From: Kudoa neothunni | Taxonomy: Eukaryota > Animalia > Cnidaria | Direction of reading: 5' to 3' | Length of the DNA: 64,000 bases | Assembly (NCBI GenBank): GCA_964304625.1 | Contig: OZ199840.1 | Span: 2,210,532 to 2,274,531, forward strand | In this document: piece after piece, positions 40,701-53,724 of the stretch | How the letters are laid out: every line of letters begins with the position of its first letter | Numbering within the stretch: the first letter of the stretch is position 1 | Notes under the pieces: model-generated | What the model was told of the DNA's origin: nothing | Database searches by the model: none | Seen by the model: only the letters and a program-made list of their open reading frames with translations | Translations under genes and position numbers: made by a program

Positions 40701-43339
40701 TAAAATCAGCATTAATTTCTTGGTTAATTATTTTACACGCATACCGACGATCGTTTACGAACATGCGCGCATGGGCGTTTCCGGAGAGAATTATTCGTCC
40801 CGTATTACATTACAGGTGGTGGTCGATTTTTTTGTTATAATACTCGGGTTAATGGTTCTTTTAGGAGGTTATTGTCTCTTTTCTAATGTAATGATATTTT
40901 GTCGTATTCTTCCTAATTATTGAATCAATTAGAACCGATTCTTGGCTTTTTGGGGTTTTCAGCTTCCAGTTGTGTAGCCTTGTTACGAGTATTGTCGTTG
41001 ACGTTATCGATGGATTGTTGGTTGAATGAAGATTTGGAATTGAATAGATGGTCTGGATTGTTCTTTGGTGTTGATACATTTAATAAACCTTTGTATTCGA
41101 TATTGTTATCGTTAATGTTGTTATCATTAAGATTCTCATTATTCGGATCCGGAGTGGGTTGTTAGATACGGTTTAATCTTGTAATGGCTTGCGTCAAATC
41201 TCATCTCATTTCCTCTTGTGATTGTAATGATGGATCGTCGAACAGCTGTGACAATGTGATTTCTTCGTTGGTGTTGTTGATTTCTTCATTATTGTTAGAA
41301 TCATGGTCATTGATTTTTGTTTGTGTGCATCAATAATCATTAAACTCGACGACTTGATGAGATACTAATTGATGCTTTCTCCTTATTATCATTGTTTAGT
41401 TTCCTTTTCTCATCTTATCTGTTATTGTTATACATAATATAGAAGCCTCTTCGTCCTGCTCAACATCATCATCGTTTGGCTCCAAGGGTAACTTGTTTTT
41501 TTAGCCACGTTGGACTTTGATAGATTTAAACTTAATAGTGCTGTAAATAACCAGTTACTTGTACTATTCATGCTGAATGGCATTGATAAGATTAATTTAA
41601 TTCTGGTGGCGTTTGGATAATTTTGGTATCGTTATTGTTTGTATTAATTTGCGATGCATCGGTGTTGCATCATTAACTGTTTAGAGTCTACAACTAGTTT
41701 CGGCAATATTTTTATTTATTACTAACGCAAACTTTCCAGCGTTGTTTTGGAATGATTTTACATAGAGGCGTTCCTTAATTACATTCAAAAAATATACTGT
41801 TTCAAATTAACCTATAAATTATAAAAGCTGTAAAACTGAAACAAATCTAAAGCATCATAATTAACGACTTGGATTTTGAAATTTAAATTCTGATCATTTT
41901 CATTTCAGTGCAGGGATGTACTAATCCCGACGTTCAATTTACGATATCGTGGCCCGGCACCAACGCTAATTAATTTAAGGTCCGCGTCATATTTTTCTGC
42001 TTTCTAAAATAATTTAAATTACCTCAAAGTGGTGTCTAAAACGTTATTTGTTGGTCCGGGGATTTTTCAAAGCCGATTCTGGCCCGGCTTGAAGCTTGAA
42101 AGGTTTTTGCCGTACTTTTTTGGGAGGTAAACAAAGATATAGACAGAAGAAAATTTACAAAAATTGATTTTTATTATTTACATTAATATCTCTTGGACTG
42201 GCACAAACATAAGTGCACTCTTTCTCAAAAACACAAACGAATCGCGTTAATATCTACCTGACTATTGTGAACAACATAATTATTTTAAAGAAGGAATAAA
42301 AATAAACCGTCTACATTAAATTTAATTACTGAAAATGAAACTTTGTGAACGTTTTCAACAAAATTAAGAACATTTGTTTGTTGACAATATGACATTAATA
42401 ACCTAAATTATACTGTAAACAAAACGATTCAGTAAGCTAATGAATTATAACTTTTTATGCTTTTGAATTATTTATCGAAACGAATAAAATACCGATTATA
42501 AACTTGAAGATATAAGTCTAATAATTATAAGATATAAAATGTATAAAAATTAAAATTTTGACATCTATATAAGAATAAAGCCCATATTAATTATTTCAGA
42601 TAACTTAATGAAGGATCTTCGTTTGATTTGAACAAACGCATGTAACATATAAGCGGGAAATTAGGGTTTCTCTATTTAATAAGATTTTTAGAGTTTTAAA
42701 TCAATGTATCCATTCTTTTTCAGACAAACATCATTTAGTTCAAAAAACCAATCAACCGTAGATAACAAATTATGGTTTAATTTGATGATTTTTATGTGAG
42801 TTTAGCTTGAAAATATTCAGTAACGATTAAAGGTCAATCGATTTTCTCTACGGAAGGTTCAAATTTAAAGATAAACATATTATTCAATCGCTTGTGAATA
42901 ATTTATTTATTTAACTGTTATCAGATTAGTAGACTATGCTTAACAAAAAAGGGTGCCTTTTTAATAGTAATAGTTTATCCAGATCTTAAAATTATTTGTG
43001 GGATGAAGGAATCATATTTTTATACATTTTTCATATCTTAATGAATCAATTTTGGCCTGACAAATACTAAATATTATTTCATTTAAAACTTTCATGTTAG
43101 AAAATAATTAGATTTTTGATGCTTAAATTTTACTTAACAAATTATTTAAGTTTCGAAAATCATTACAATGATTTGAACCATTTTACGGTATAAAATCTTT
43201 GGTGATCTGGAAAATTGGTAAAACATGTTCATAAAATAAATATACAACTTTATGCTATCAACACGATAATAAAAAATTGGAACATTACTGGAATTCCAGC
43301 AGAACATAGAACATGATTGGTTTTTAACGTTTGTCAAAA

Positions 43340-43887
43340 ATTAGACTATTAAAAACTCTACAAACACCCTACATTGTTTTTAGAATGCATATAGAAACCC
43401 AAATTATGTTTTATTTAAAATGGTCATAATCATTTCGCTTAACTATATCCATAACACTTGAAAAATGAAAATGCATCCTAAATAATTTGGTTACGTTTCA
43501 AATTTTAAGTGAAATGCAACATCTCGTGTAAATATGACTCTAATGGCATTATCTGCCTTAAAATAACTCCAAACAGGCGTATGTAACATTTCTAAACATT
43601 ATACATCATAATTAGAAAATTCTCGTTATATTATATGCAGTTTGTAAAGTTTATTCTTATTGGGTATCACTTTGAAGTAAACAAACATTAATATTACGCA
43701 GGTATTCTTTTGATAACGATATTGATTATATTTATACTTTTAAGTAATTGATTGATTTTTATTGTTTGTCTATTCAAATACAAACTTACAGTTATACTGA
43801 AAGAAAGTTTCTTCGGGGCACACACGTACTGCTGCAAACTGACACACACGGACAGACATAAGAACTTAATTATTATATAGATATAGA
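43340..43887 (-). mobile_element. Non-autonomous Helitron 5' part, truncating the Gypsy RT
   Basis: A|TCTATATCTATATAATAATTAAG starts at 43887 on the minus strand. Homologous to 31420-31991. Confidence 0.55.
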
Positions 43888-45655
43888 TTTCCACAAGATG
43901 TGCTCCATGAATATTTGGAAAGTGGGGGGCATTGATTAACCCAAACGGCATTACATTGAATTCAAACAACCCATATGGCGTCGCGAATGCAGTTTTCTTA
44001 CGGTCTGGTCTGCTCTGATACACTTATTTGTCAATAACTGGATTTCAGGTCTAATGTTGAGAAAATGCTTGTCACTTATAACAATTCGAAGTCGTCCTCT
44101 ATTCTAGGAATGGAGTAACGATCTTTCTTTGTGACAGCATTTAACTTTCTATAATCTATGCACATCCTGCGATTATCATCTTTCTTCTTGACTATTACAA
44201 TGAGAGACTACCGAGGACTACTACTATTCCAGATGATTCCCGCTTCTAGCATTTGTTGGATTTGCATCGATACGTCCATTTTCAATGATATTGGAAGACG
44301 TCTACAGGATTGCTTTATTGTAAATTAAATGGCATTTGTTGAGAGTGGTAGTTTATCTGAAACTACTTTTTTATGGCATTTGATTACATTTCTCATAAAA
44401 GTGTTGCTATTACATCGTTTCATCGAGTAGTTGATTTCTTCTCTTTGCATCGTTATTGAGGTGTTATTTATGCTGATCGCATTGTTACCGCTATCAATGA
44501 TGACGTTAAATTTTTTTAAAAAGACGAATCGAATGATTCCATCGTATGGCAGGTTTTTAGTAGCAAGGAATTTTTGTTTGAGACATGTCTCGTATGTAGA
44601 ATACACAATCAGCCGTTTTGTTGACATTAAGCATGGAACCGTTGATGTAATAAGGCTAATATCACAGTTAGAATATTTTAAGCTTTTGAAAACATTTTTG
44701 TCAACTAGAGGGATGTATGTACCAGAATTCAAAAGAAAAAAATAATAACCATCAGCAAAAAAACGTTATTAATGGAAGATTAAGATTCTCGCAGGTTAGT
44801 GTTGATGCAGGTCGTCCCCGAGCTGCATAATGAGGAGACCTTCGAGAGTTTAAACGACAAACTTTTGAATATGTCCTTGTTTTTGGCATTTATAACAAGT
44901 GACTAGTCTATCTCTTTCTTTTTGAATTTGATTATCCGTTGAACTGTTCTTTTCAACGCGGCCAATCTATCGGAGATATCTCTCAATATTGTTTGGATCT
45001 TTGTGTTTTTCTCTTTAAGCGAGCTCATAGAGTTCACTTTCAAACGGTCATGTTTGGTCTCGTTGAGGATTCTGCAAACATCTGTTATCGCCTCATCTAA
45101 TTTGTTAGGTTTTCCTACCTTCTACATAAACTTCTTGGTCTCAGGTTCCAGTCCAGAGACGAACCTTTTCAGTAAAATGTCACAATTTTTCCTTTGGAGA
45201 CGACTTAAGGAACAGCTTTTTCAATTCCACAGCATAAGCATAAGCTTGGAGCGGTTCATTGTCGTGATGACTATCCATTAAAAATTAGGTCCAGGACTCC
45301 CGTCAAAATCCAATAGCACCAGTGCCTTTGCCTGGGGATTCCTTTAGAAGAGAAACAGTGCAACGTTGCTTTGTAAACAAGGTTTCATATGCGTTCGACA
45401 AGAAGTCATCCAATAAAGTTGGCACAGATGTCAGCACGCGCTCGTCGACCCAATTATGATGATTTGCTAGGGCAAGAATTTGTCGCCACACGCTTTCATC
45501 ATTGTTGACATTCATTTTCGGTTACCCTATGTTCTAATTGTCCAATTTTCCGTTTACCCCTGTAACCAATGTTACGACGTGAGAAACTCACGATAACAAC
45601 CAACAGAACAATTCCTCACTACATGCGCGCTACTCGTTGTCATAAGGGGATTACA
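43888..45655 (-). mobile_element. Truncated Ty3/Gypsy element (5' LTR, gag, PR, N-terminal RT)
   Basis: 86-bp TG...CA LTR at 45570-45655 followed by PBS TGGTTACAGGGG. Gag knuckle CYKCQKQGHIQKFC. RT motifs RMCIDYRKLN, IPRIED and KTAFATPYGLFEFNVMPFGL. Confidence 0.85.
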
Positions 45656-48090
45656 ACCGTAACAAGTCCTAACGAAGATAGATGTTTGATATCAAGTAAG
45701 TGTCAGTTTTGCTCAGATCCATTTCGGTGTCCAGTTGGGCTGTGCCCAACAGAAAATCTCGGAAGGTATCGACTTCACAAATGTTCGGAGGAACATTCAT
45801 AGATGAATTAAATAAGTATAGGATGTCATCCATATAACACTTGTATAAAATTGTAACTTGGTGATTTGGATTACGCCATCAGCTTCCAATAAGTGAAGTT
45901 GGCTAGTAATGGAGTGAAGGGTGTTCCCATAAATATACCTTTGGTTTGAAGGTAGCTTTTGCCATCGAACATGAAGAGTTGATGGTCTAGTTCGAAGCTA
46001 ATGATCTTGTAAATGTAGGAAGCGGGGGGGCTATCATAGAAGTGGCTAAAAAGGAAATGCTTTAATATTGCCCTTAGTTTTTCGTGACCAATACGTAAGA
46101 ATAGTTCGCTCACATCGGCTGTGATAATCGGCTGTTGGGCGAGATTATTAATCGTTCAATGATTGTATAAGTTGGCCACAGGAGTGGAGGATGTGAGATT
46201 TGAACATCACGTCATGATGGAGGCTAGACTCGACCCATTTGTGGAGGTTGGAGTTGATGTTTTTAGTATAAGAGATGTTAGGGCGACCGAGTGGGGTTCT
46301 ATCGTTAAGCCATTTAGGCTTCTTTCAATGTATTTTGGGGAGACAGTAGAGTGTTTTGAGTTTTGTAGGGCAAAAGCGAGATCTCAGCATGATTATGGTG
46401 TTGAGTTTCTGAGTCAAGTCTTTTTGGAAATCTTTCATGATTTGGGTGATGGCAGTTTGTTTGAGTTCCAGAAGTAGTCGAAATCCAAAGTCAGGGTTGT
46501 TGAGTATTTTCCTTGCCATATTAATGTAGTCATCTTTGTTCATGATAACATTTTTCCCGCCTTTGTCAGCATTAGCTATAATGACTGGGAGTTGGGTTAA
46601 ATTGTTAAAGGCATCCTGTAAATGGCGTGAGGTGTTGGAGTAATTGCTCTTGGTGGTAAGGTCGTCAAAAGCTACAGGGATTTTGGGAATTAGGAGTTGG
46701 CGAATTCACCAAGTTCCCGGAATTTGGAACTGTAGTTGGAGGATGGTATAAACTTTAGGACGCGGTTTAGAAATAGTATAACGGCTTTGTCTACCTGGTA
46801 TTTAGACAGGTGAATGATCTTACAAGGAATGTCGACAATTTGAATGATGTAATTGAATAGTTCCTTGGTCCAATGTTGAGGTATGTTGTTAGAGTTAAGG
46901 CCAAGTCCCGGAGAGTACAGGATATCATGTGCCCTTAGAGTCTCTGGGATGAACGAAAACCCCGGTTTCTATGTAAATGTGCTAATGTATCTATTGTATG
47001 TGAGGGTAGCCATTTTGGGGAGTTGTAAGTTCGCGTACATAGCTTGCAGGAGTATGGGGGTGTTTTGAAGATGCTTGGGATGCAGTGTTTTGAATGTGCT
47101 GTGAAGAGAGCTATGGTGGGCTTCTCGGTTTTACAGAATGGACATTTAATGGCATCCAAGGATTTGAAGGAACTCAGGGTGGGTAGGGTTGCTACGACTT
47201 TGGGGTCTGATATCACGTCAGAAGATTCATTTTCACAATTGTCGTCAGTGTTGTCATTGTTATTAGCATCAGTTAGGTCGCTGTGCTCAGAGGGGTTCAA
47301 CATTTCGAATTCATGACTGTCTTAATACGTCATCGTGTGTGGTGTACGTACCCCATTTGATCACATTGAGGGAGTTTTCAAGTTCAGCAGTGTTGCTTGA
47401 ATCCTGGAGGGCCTTGATCATCATGTTTATTAAGGCGTGTGTGTTCCAGGGTGCGACTTTGTTGCATCTCTTTTATATAAGTGTATCGCCAGCCTTGATG
47501 GGGTAACTATTCGGGTAGTTGACCGCGACCTGCACACCATTATGGTGCATGGTGCACTGTCGGGCCAGCTCCCAATTGAAGGCTGCGAGGATGCGTTTCC
47601 ATAACGGCTTAGCAGTTTCAAAGTGGGGTATATCGTCTGGTTTAAAGGGTACGTAAGTGAATGATAGTGCCTTATGGTGTGTGCATGCGTTTGGTGTATG
47701 TGCCGCGTGGTATACCGTGTGGCCTATCACTTTACGTTTAATAACAGGTCCTTTTTAATCATACTCAATCTAACGACAGGAGGGTTTTGACTTTGATTGA
47801 TTTCCTCTTGGTTTCGGGTTGGTATTAGGTTTGTTTTTGATGGAAACATGCGTTGTGTTTTGAGGTGGGGTTAGTAGCGATGTGCAATGCATGTGCGCGA
47901 ACATTTGAATTAGGGTTTTTGTTTTTACGTGAGTTGTTTGGTTGGGGATTGGTAGCACGCTGTGTACCACGTGATATAATGTTACGAGACGGATTCTGGT
48001 TGCCTCAGGGTCTTTGATATGATAGTTGAGGACTAACTGTAAAAGTTGAAGTGCAACTGGCAACAGCTCAAAGATCTGGTTATCTGTCGA
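45656..48090 (-). mobile_element. Penelope-like retroelement copy 1 (ORF1 + zinc-finger RT), degenerate, 3' end cut by the Gypsy LTR
   Basis: RT motifs ADKGG, LYCLPKIH, ITADVSELF, KGIFMGTPFTPLLAN and YMDDIL. N-terminal acidic stretch with CPFC..H..C and CKLC..H fingers. Upstream ORF fragments are homologous to 53725-54780. Confidence 0.85.
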
Positions 48091-48189
48091 TAAGAAATTT
48101 TGTATTTTTATTTTTATTTGGGCAAAAGAAACACGTTCCAGCAGTTTTTTAAAATCCTATCCGCATGCGCAGATTAATAGTGATTAATT

Positions 48190-49390
48190 CACTATACTAC
48201 CAAGGAATTAAATTTCAAATAAGGATAATAATTTAATGGATCTATTGATCACTTTGCCATTTGGTAGAGTGATAATAGCCTTTATGGTTTCTCTATCCTT
48301 ATTCTTGAATAGTTGTTTGATAACTCCTATTTTCCATTTGTTGTAGTTCATAGAATCACTAACATGAATAGTATCACTTACTTTGGGAGGTATTTGGTTA
48401 GTTGAACGAGATTGGCTGTGAAGCCTTTCTTTTCGATCACGTAAGTGCAATAAATATTATTTTTTCATGTGTTCCGAAATTGATTAATGATATTTTGACC
48501 TCTATTCCAAATGAGATAAGTTTAGCCTCAGTTTCTCTTCCGTTCGGCTTGTATTCTGAGTCCGTAGTTGCAAACTCATTATCTCTGTATTTACGTTGAT
48601 TCAAGTAAAGATAATCTGATGGTGTAATTATTTGTTGATTTATATCAGTTGAAACATGTATCAATGGCCTTAAGTTTATTATATGTTCCACGTCAATGAC
48701 GATTGTTGAGAACTGACAATTATTTAATTTCTTGAGGCACATCATTTTAGTTAAACATTGTTTTACCTAACCAATTAAGTGCTCGTAAAACCCACCCATC
48801 CAAGGCGAATATTCTGTAATAAATTTCTATTTATTGTTGTTATTTTCCATGAAGGTGTGAATTGGAGGAGATAAAACTTTGGACCTTTCACCCTTTTTCG
48901 TAACTTTAGAAGCCAGATTAAAATTGGTCGCATTGTCTAGACTCAACATTATTAGGCATCCTCTACTTGAAATAAATCTTCTTAAGAAGTTGAGAAAATC
49001 TTCTGTTGACTAACAATTTCCAAATGGATTGCTCGTATGGCGGCACATGTAAATAAACAGATACATGCTTTTTTTTCTGATTGGCTTCGTATATTGTAAA
49101 TGGACCAGCCAAGTCTGCACCAGTATAAGAGAATGGAGGATTCATTGAAACACGATATTGGGGATAATTTGGAAAGATTGGAAGTTTATATTTTTTCGTT
49201 AATGTAATTTTCAAAATTGTCATGTATTTACGGTACGAGAACCAATGTTCTTGAATGCGGTGTCCAAAATCTTAGCAAGAACACATGCGATGTTTGATTT
49301 TTCCCACAATGACCATTCATAATGTGTACGTTATTGATGTAAAGTGTAGTTAGATAACTCTTTTTCGGTAGAAGTTAAATCTTACATCGA
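48190..49390 (-). mobile_element. BEL/Pao retrotransposon integrase fragment
   Basis: HIMNGHCG...RFW (HHCC), PFSYTGADLAGPF, SPWMGGFYEHLIG, INLRPL and C-terminal WKIGVI...RSIKLLSLFE. Confidence 0.88.
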
Positions 49391-51819
49391 AGCATTTCAG
49401 GTTTGATTTGGCCGTTCTTGGTGACATAATTATCATACTAGGATCGTCAGAACTCGAACCTTTGGCTTTATTGTCTCCACCATCATTTATCGTCTTAGGA
49501 CAGCTTGTCGGCGCATGTGTCGAATTTAGATTTAGGAGCCCGAGAGACCTCTCGTACTTCCAGGGCGCCAAATTGTACAGCATGCACCGTATTGATGGAA
49601 GAAGCGTGAATGTAACTCTTGCCACACTCATTGAGTTTTTGGTATAGATCCATTTTTTGTGTAGTTTGGATTGTAGCCCACATAAAGAAGGGTGATAGGG
49701 GATTAGTAATTGCTTACCATCGTCGTCCCTATCTTTTTTCTTAGGGAATATGTGTGCACAAGCCTGTTGATACTCAGTATTGCGAGCTCGAGTCAAATAT
49801 GTTTGAATGAGTCCTTTTTGATAGCCAAGTCTCTCAAATTTCGAGATAAGTAGCCTACAAAACAAACTAGCAATATGAGGAATCGAGTTGCTGCGCAGTA
49901 TTCTCAAAAACTGAGCGTAAATCATCCCCATCTTTACATGGTATGCATGCCAAGTGGATGAGTGGATGTATGTGAATCCATGGAGTAACTTAAAATAAGT
50001 GAAATATTCCGGTTGAGTGGAACCATTATTGTAATAGACACATAAATCTAGATACGTCACAGTTGTACTATATTCACCCTCAATTTGTAAATCCAATGAG
50101 TCGAGCACAACAAATACATCGTCCATATATCGACGGTACATAAGTACACTCGAGTTTGACATTATTTGCTCATCAAATACTAAAAGATATAGATTAGCTA
50201 ACAGGGGTGAGTATGTAGATCCCATGAAAATCCCTTTATTTTGTTTATAAAGGTGACCATTAAATGTGAAATATTGGGATTGTAGCTTCATTTTAAGAAT
50301 CTCTAAGATAAGTTTCTTCTCTTCAAGTGTAAAACTTGCGTATTCTGAGTAGGAATTGTTCGAGTTTATCTAGAAGAACTTTATGATCAAAACCTAAGAA
50401 ACAAATCACAAATGTCTCCAGCATAGAGAACATATTTCTTAAAACGGTCTAGTTTAAGACGTCGTAATTGCTCTATAAGTTGGTTAGAGGATAAAAGAAT
50501 ATGCTCGCAACGGTAGACTTATTTATGAAGCTTTTTCTCCACAAACTTTCCAAGAGTGTTGAAGATACTCTTCCGGGCGCTTATAATAGGTTAGGTCTAC
50601 CCGGAGGTGTTTTATCGTCAATCCATTTGGATGAAGGTTTGTGAATTTTAGGAAGAACATAAAGATAACGGAAGTTTTTAGATTCCCTCGAAACACTTTG
50701 ATGAGATGTCTCATAGACCTTTTGACAGAAATAGTCCTGTTTATCGATCAGATCTCGTCTAATAGGCTCTATTTGGGAGTCATCAATTAATTCAAAATCA
50801 AACTCCGGATTTTTGAGAAGGCTTTTAGCCATTCTATAGTAATGTTCGTGTCCCATTATAACAGTACGTCCACCTTTGTCACTATTAAGAACAAAACATT
50901 TTCGTTGTTGCCTAAAACAAAGGAATTCAGCAATCATCTCCCTGAGGGTGTTGCATTGTTTGGACATTGGAACGACATAGTTTTTCAAGTCTGTGATTTG
51001 ATTTGAATCCATCAAAAACTTTTTCAGGACCTTAGTGCAATAGATATAAGATTTATGATGATTAGGGACATATTTCATTCCCCTAGAAAGAAATAATGCT
51101 AGATTAACACTAATGTCTTGGTCAGAAAGGTTTAAGATGTTGCAATCGTCAATTGTGAGTGATTCATGGATTAATTGTTGGAGTTTTCTCATTATTCTCT
51201 CCGATGGTAAGCTGCCACGGTTAACAATAGAGCGTCAAAGACAATAAAGTAGACAATCTGTTGGATCGTATGGAAAGGCTCTAGTGACTCGATGTGACAT
51301 TGCACAATCATCGGTTGCCAAATGTGTAGCCAAGTAGGACACATTTCGACATTTCTCATTACAAAATTTGCATTGAACTTGGTCACCAGCGACAAATGTG
51401 ACTTGTAAACAAGCTTTGAGATGACTCAACAGACCCTGAATCCTTTCCATTATTGCACCACAAAAACAACATATAATAAAATCGAATCTTGGCCGCTTTT
51501 TCTTAAGATGAGGTTGGATGATTTGTTGACTAAAATCCTCAATTCTCATAGCTTCTCTCACCCTAAATTTAGGAAAAGGATTAAGTTGAACCGTATCATC
51601 ACGATTAATATCGGCCAACTCCTCAACACTGGAAGAAGTATCAGATTGCATTTCAGTCTCCTTGTCACAGTTATTCACTAAATTATCTAAATTATGTAGG
51701 TTAAAAGCAGCAAGGGCAGCTGAGGAGATGTGATTAAAAGATGAGTCATCATGTGTAATAGCTGAGTCCGTTTCAACATCATCTAAGAATTGTTGGGGAT
51801 TTTCATTGCGAATTTTCAT
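49390..51819 (-). pseudogene. Penelope-like reverse transcriptase ORF with N-terminal zinc fingers (copy 2)
   Basis: Acidic N-terminus, then CCFC..H..C and CKFC..H..C fingers. Motifs ILNLS..LSRGMKYVP, SDKGG, LYVLPKIHK, PGRP, AGDICDLF, GIFMGSTYSPLLANLYL, RYMDDVF, TYLDL, thumb YIHSSTWH..QFLRILR and linker IPYHP. No GIY-YIG motif seen. Confidence 0.9.
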
Positions 51820-51840
51820 GGTCTATAACTGGTGACACAT

Positions 51841-53421
51841 TTAATTCAGCATGCTCCACAACTTTAGTGACTTTAGCGACTTTAGCATCATCATGAACAA
51901 TGTCCAAATTATATCTCTTATTAAGAATAGCAATATTCGCGCGCAATTATCTGATGACAAAGCTGCCTGCTCTAGCTTATCCTTATAGCATGAAAGAAAA
52001 AGACAAACGCCCTGTGGCAATGAATGTTTATCGTATGTTGATAATATAACGAGCAAGTCGTTGACCATTGTGGAACTTTTCCAGGGTGTGGTGTGCTTCT
52101 TTTTGTTGTTCTGTTCCGATATCGTTTCACAGCGATATGGATTGCAACCATTCGTAATTTTAAATCTAGCAATCCCTTATTAATTAATGTTTAAAATATC
52201 GGTAACAGAATGGATAATTGAAATTTGTGTTGGGGAGCTAAGATCAACTGCCATTTTATCGGCAAAGTTTTTTAGTCTTATGTGGATGTTCTGATCATTC
52301 ATGTCTTTTTTTGTTTGGCAATTTGACAACCACTTTTAAATCATTACTTTCAATATAAAATCTTGACAGTAGAAAAGTGTGATATAACATTTCGTAGACT
52401 GGAAGTATTAGGGCTTTTGCGAATGAAAAGGGCCTCTTCAGACAGTCGGAGATTGTCGTTCTTTTTTTATAAGGAATAACTCGCCCAGACTCTCATTTAA
52501 ATGATGATCCAATGCCATCAATAAAACCGGTAAAATTTGGTTTGGTAGAATCTAAATTGATAATATATGATTTTTTCAATATTGTTACGGATTTTTTCTA
52601 ATGAATATTGACGGGCTTTTTCAATTTTATGAATGTTATTTGATTTATTCCTAGAGTTAACATTGTTCTCGTGGCGTTGTCTTTATTCGAACGTTTAATT
52701 TGTTGCGTTTTTACCGACAATATTATTTGTTACATCTTTAGATGTAGATTTATTGTCGCCCTTTTTTGTTTCAACCTTTTTAACGTTCGTTTTTTTGAAC
52801 AACTTTTTTAGTTGATTGTTTTGTTTTGGAAACGTTTGTTATTGTTTCGTTTTTTATGAACAATGCCATTGAAGGAAGAACGGTTAATCTATAAAAAGGA
52901 TTAGTATTTGTGTAATTAATTTGATGCCGTTGATAGTTGTTATAGTTGTTGCGTAAAGCAACAGGTTGATCAATGAATTGTGGACTAGTTGGCCAGCTTT
53001 GAGTAAGTTGGAAACCAAAACTAGTGTTTGGCATTGGACAAGTGTTATGTGAAATTTGATAGCCAATAGCTGGTATCATTGGGTATTGGAATGATTGGTT
53101 TTGAGCAGCATTACACCAATTAAGAGGTGTAATAGCTGCCCCATTATACAGGTTTTGTGGAGTGGAATTGACAGTAGAGTGAATCAATGATCCAGGCCAC
53201 ATCAATTGATGATCTAATGCATCCGTTGTAGCTGCACGAATCATTGCGGAAGTAAGTTTAGGTTTTTTCAATGAATTGTTCCGAGTTGTCATAGCGGATC
53301 CTCCAACGTGTCGTAAGATCAAAACACTTTGAGAAATGAAAGTTGAACTCTTACGTGTCGTTTCTTTCAAAACATTTAGAGTTTGTGTCAAACAGTGCGA
53401 AAAAGTTGCTTGTATGGCCAA
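51841..53421 (-). pseudogene. PLE-associated ORF1 domain protein, copy B (disrupted)
   Basis: Paralog of 53725-54965: PMIPAIGYQI, KFTGFIDGIGSSFK, DNLRLSEE, LKLRMVAIHIAVKRYRNRTT, MVNDLLVILSTYD. Confidence 0.7.
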
Positions 53422-53724
53422 AGGGGTTAGCGGAGGTTATCATAAATAGAAACCTCTTTATTATTTTTAGTCATAAACTGGGAAATGTGTGGGTGGACTC
53501 AACAACCACATTATCGTCATCTGTTTTTTCAGGATTTTCCAATGCAGATTCGAATTGCTCATTTGCCGATTCAACCACTTGAACACCATTGTCGCAGCTT
53601 TGATTTTGTGAGGCACGGTCTGTATTAGTATTCGGACTCGTGCACGGCAGTTGTGTGACCGGGAATCTATCCGACGCCTCATGCTCAGAGGTATCATCAC
53701 CATTCACAGAATAGAACCTTTGGT

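Noticed and set aside
49375-49460. Hammerhead-like CTGACGA...GAAA on the minus strand at the 3' end of the PLE RT
   Set aside because: The position fits PLE biology, but stem II does not pair and stems I and III are poor. At best a decayed motif. An Infernal search on a family consensus would be needed.
51235-51237. In-frame TGA between the zinc fingers and RT, as a possible selenocysteine or readthrough codon (known in Naiad PLEs)
   Set aside because: The aligned position in element 1 is Gly (LYSPG versus LYCL*), so a GGA-to-TGA nonsense mutation is simpler. The ORF also has other lesions.
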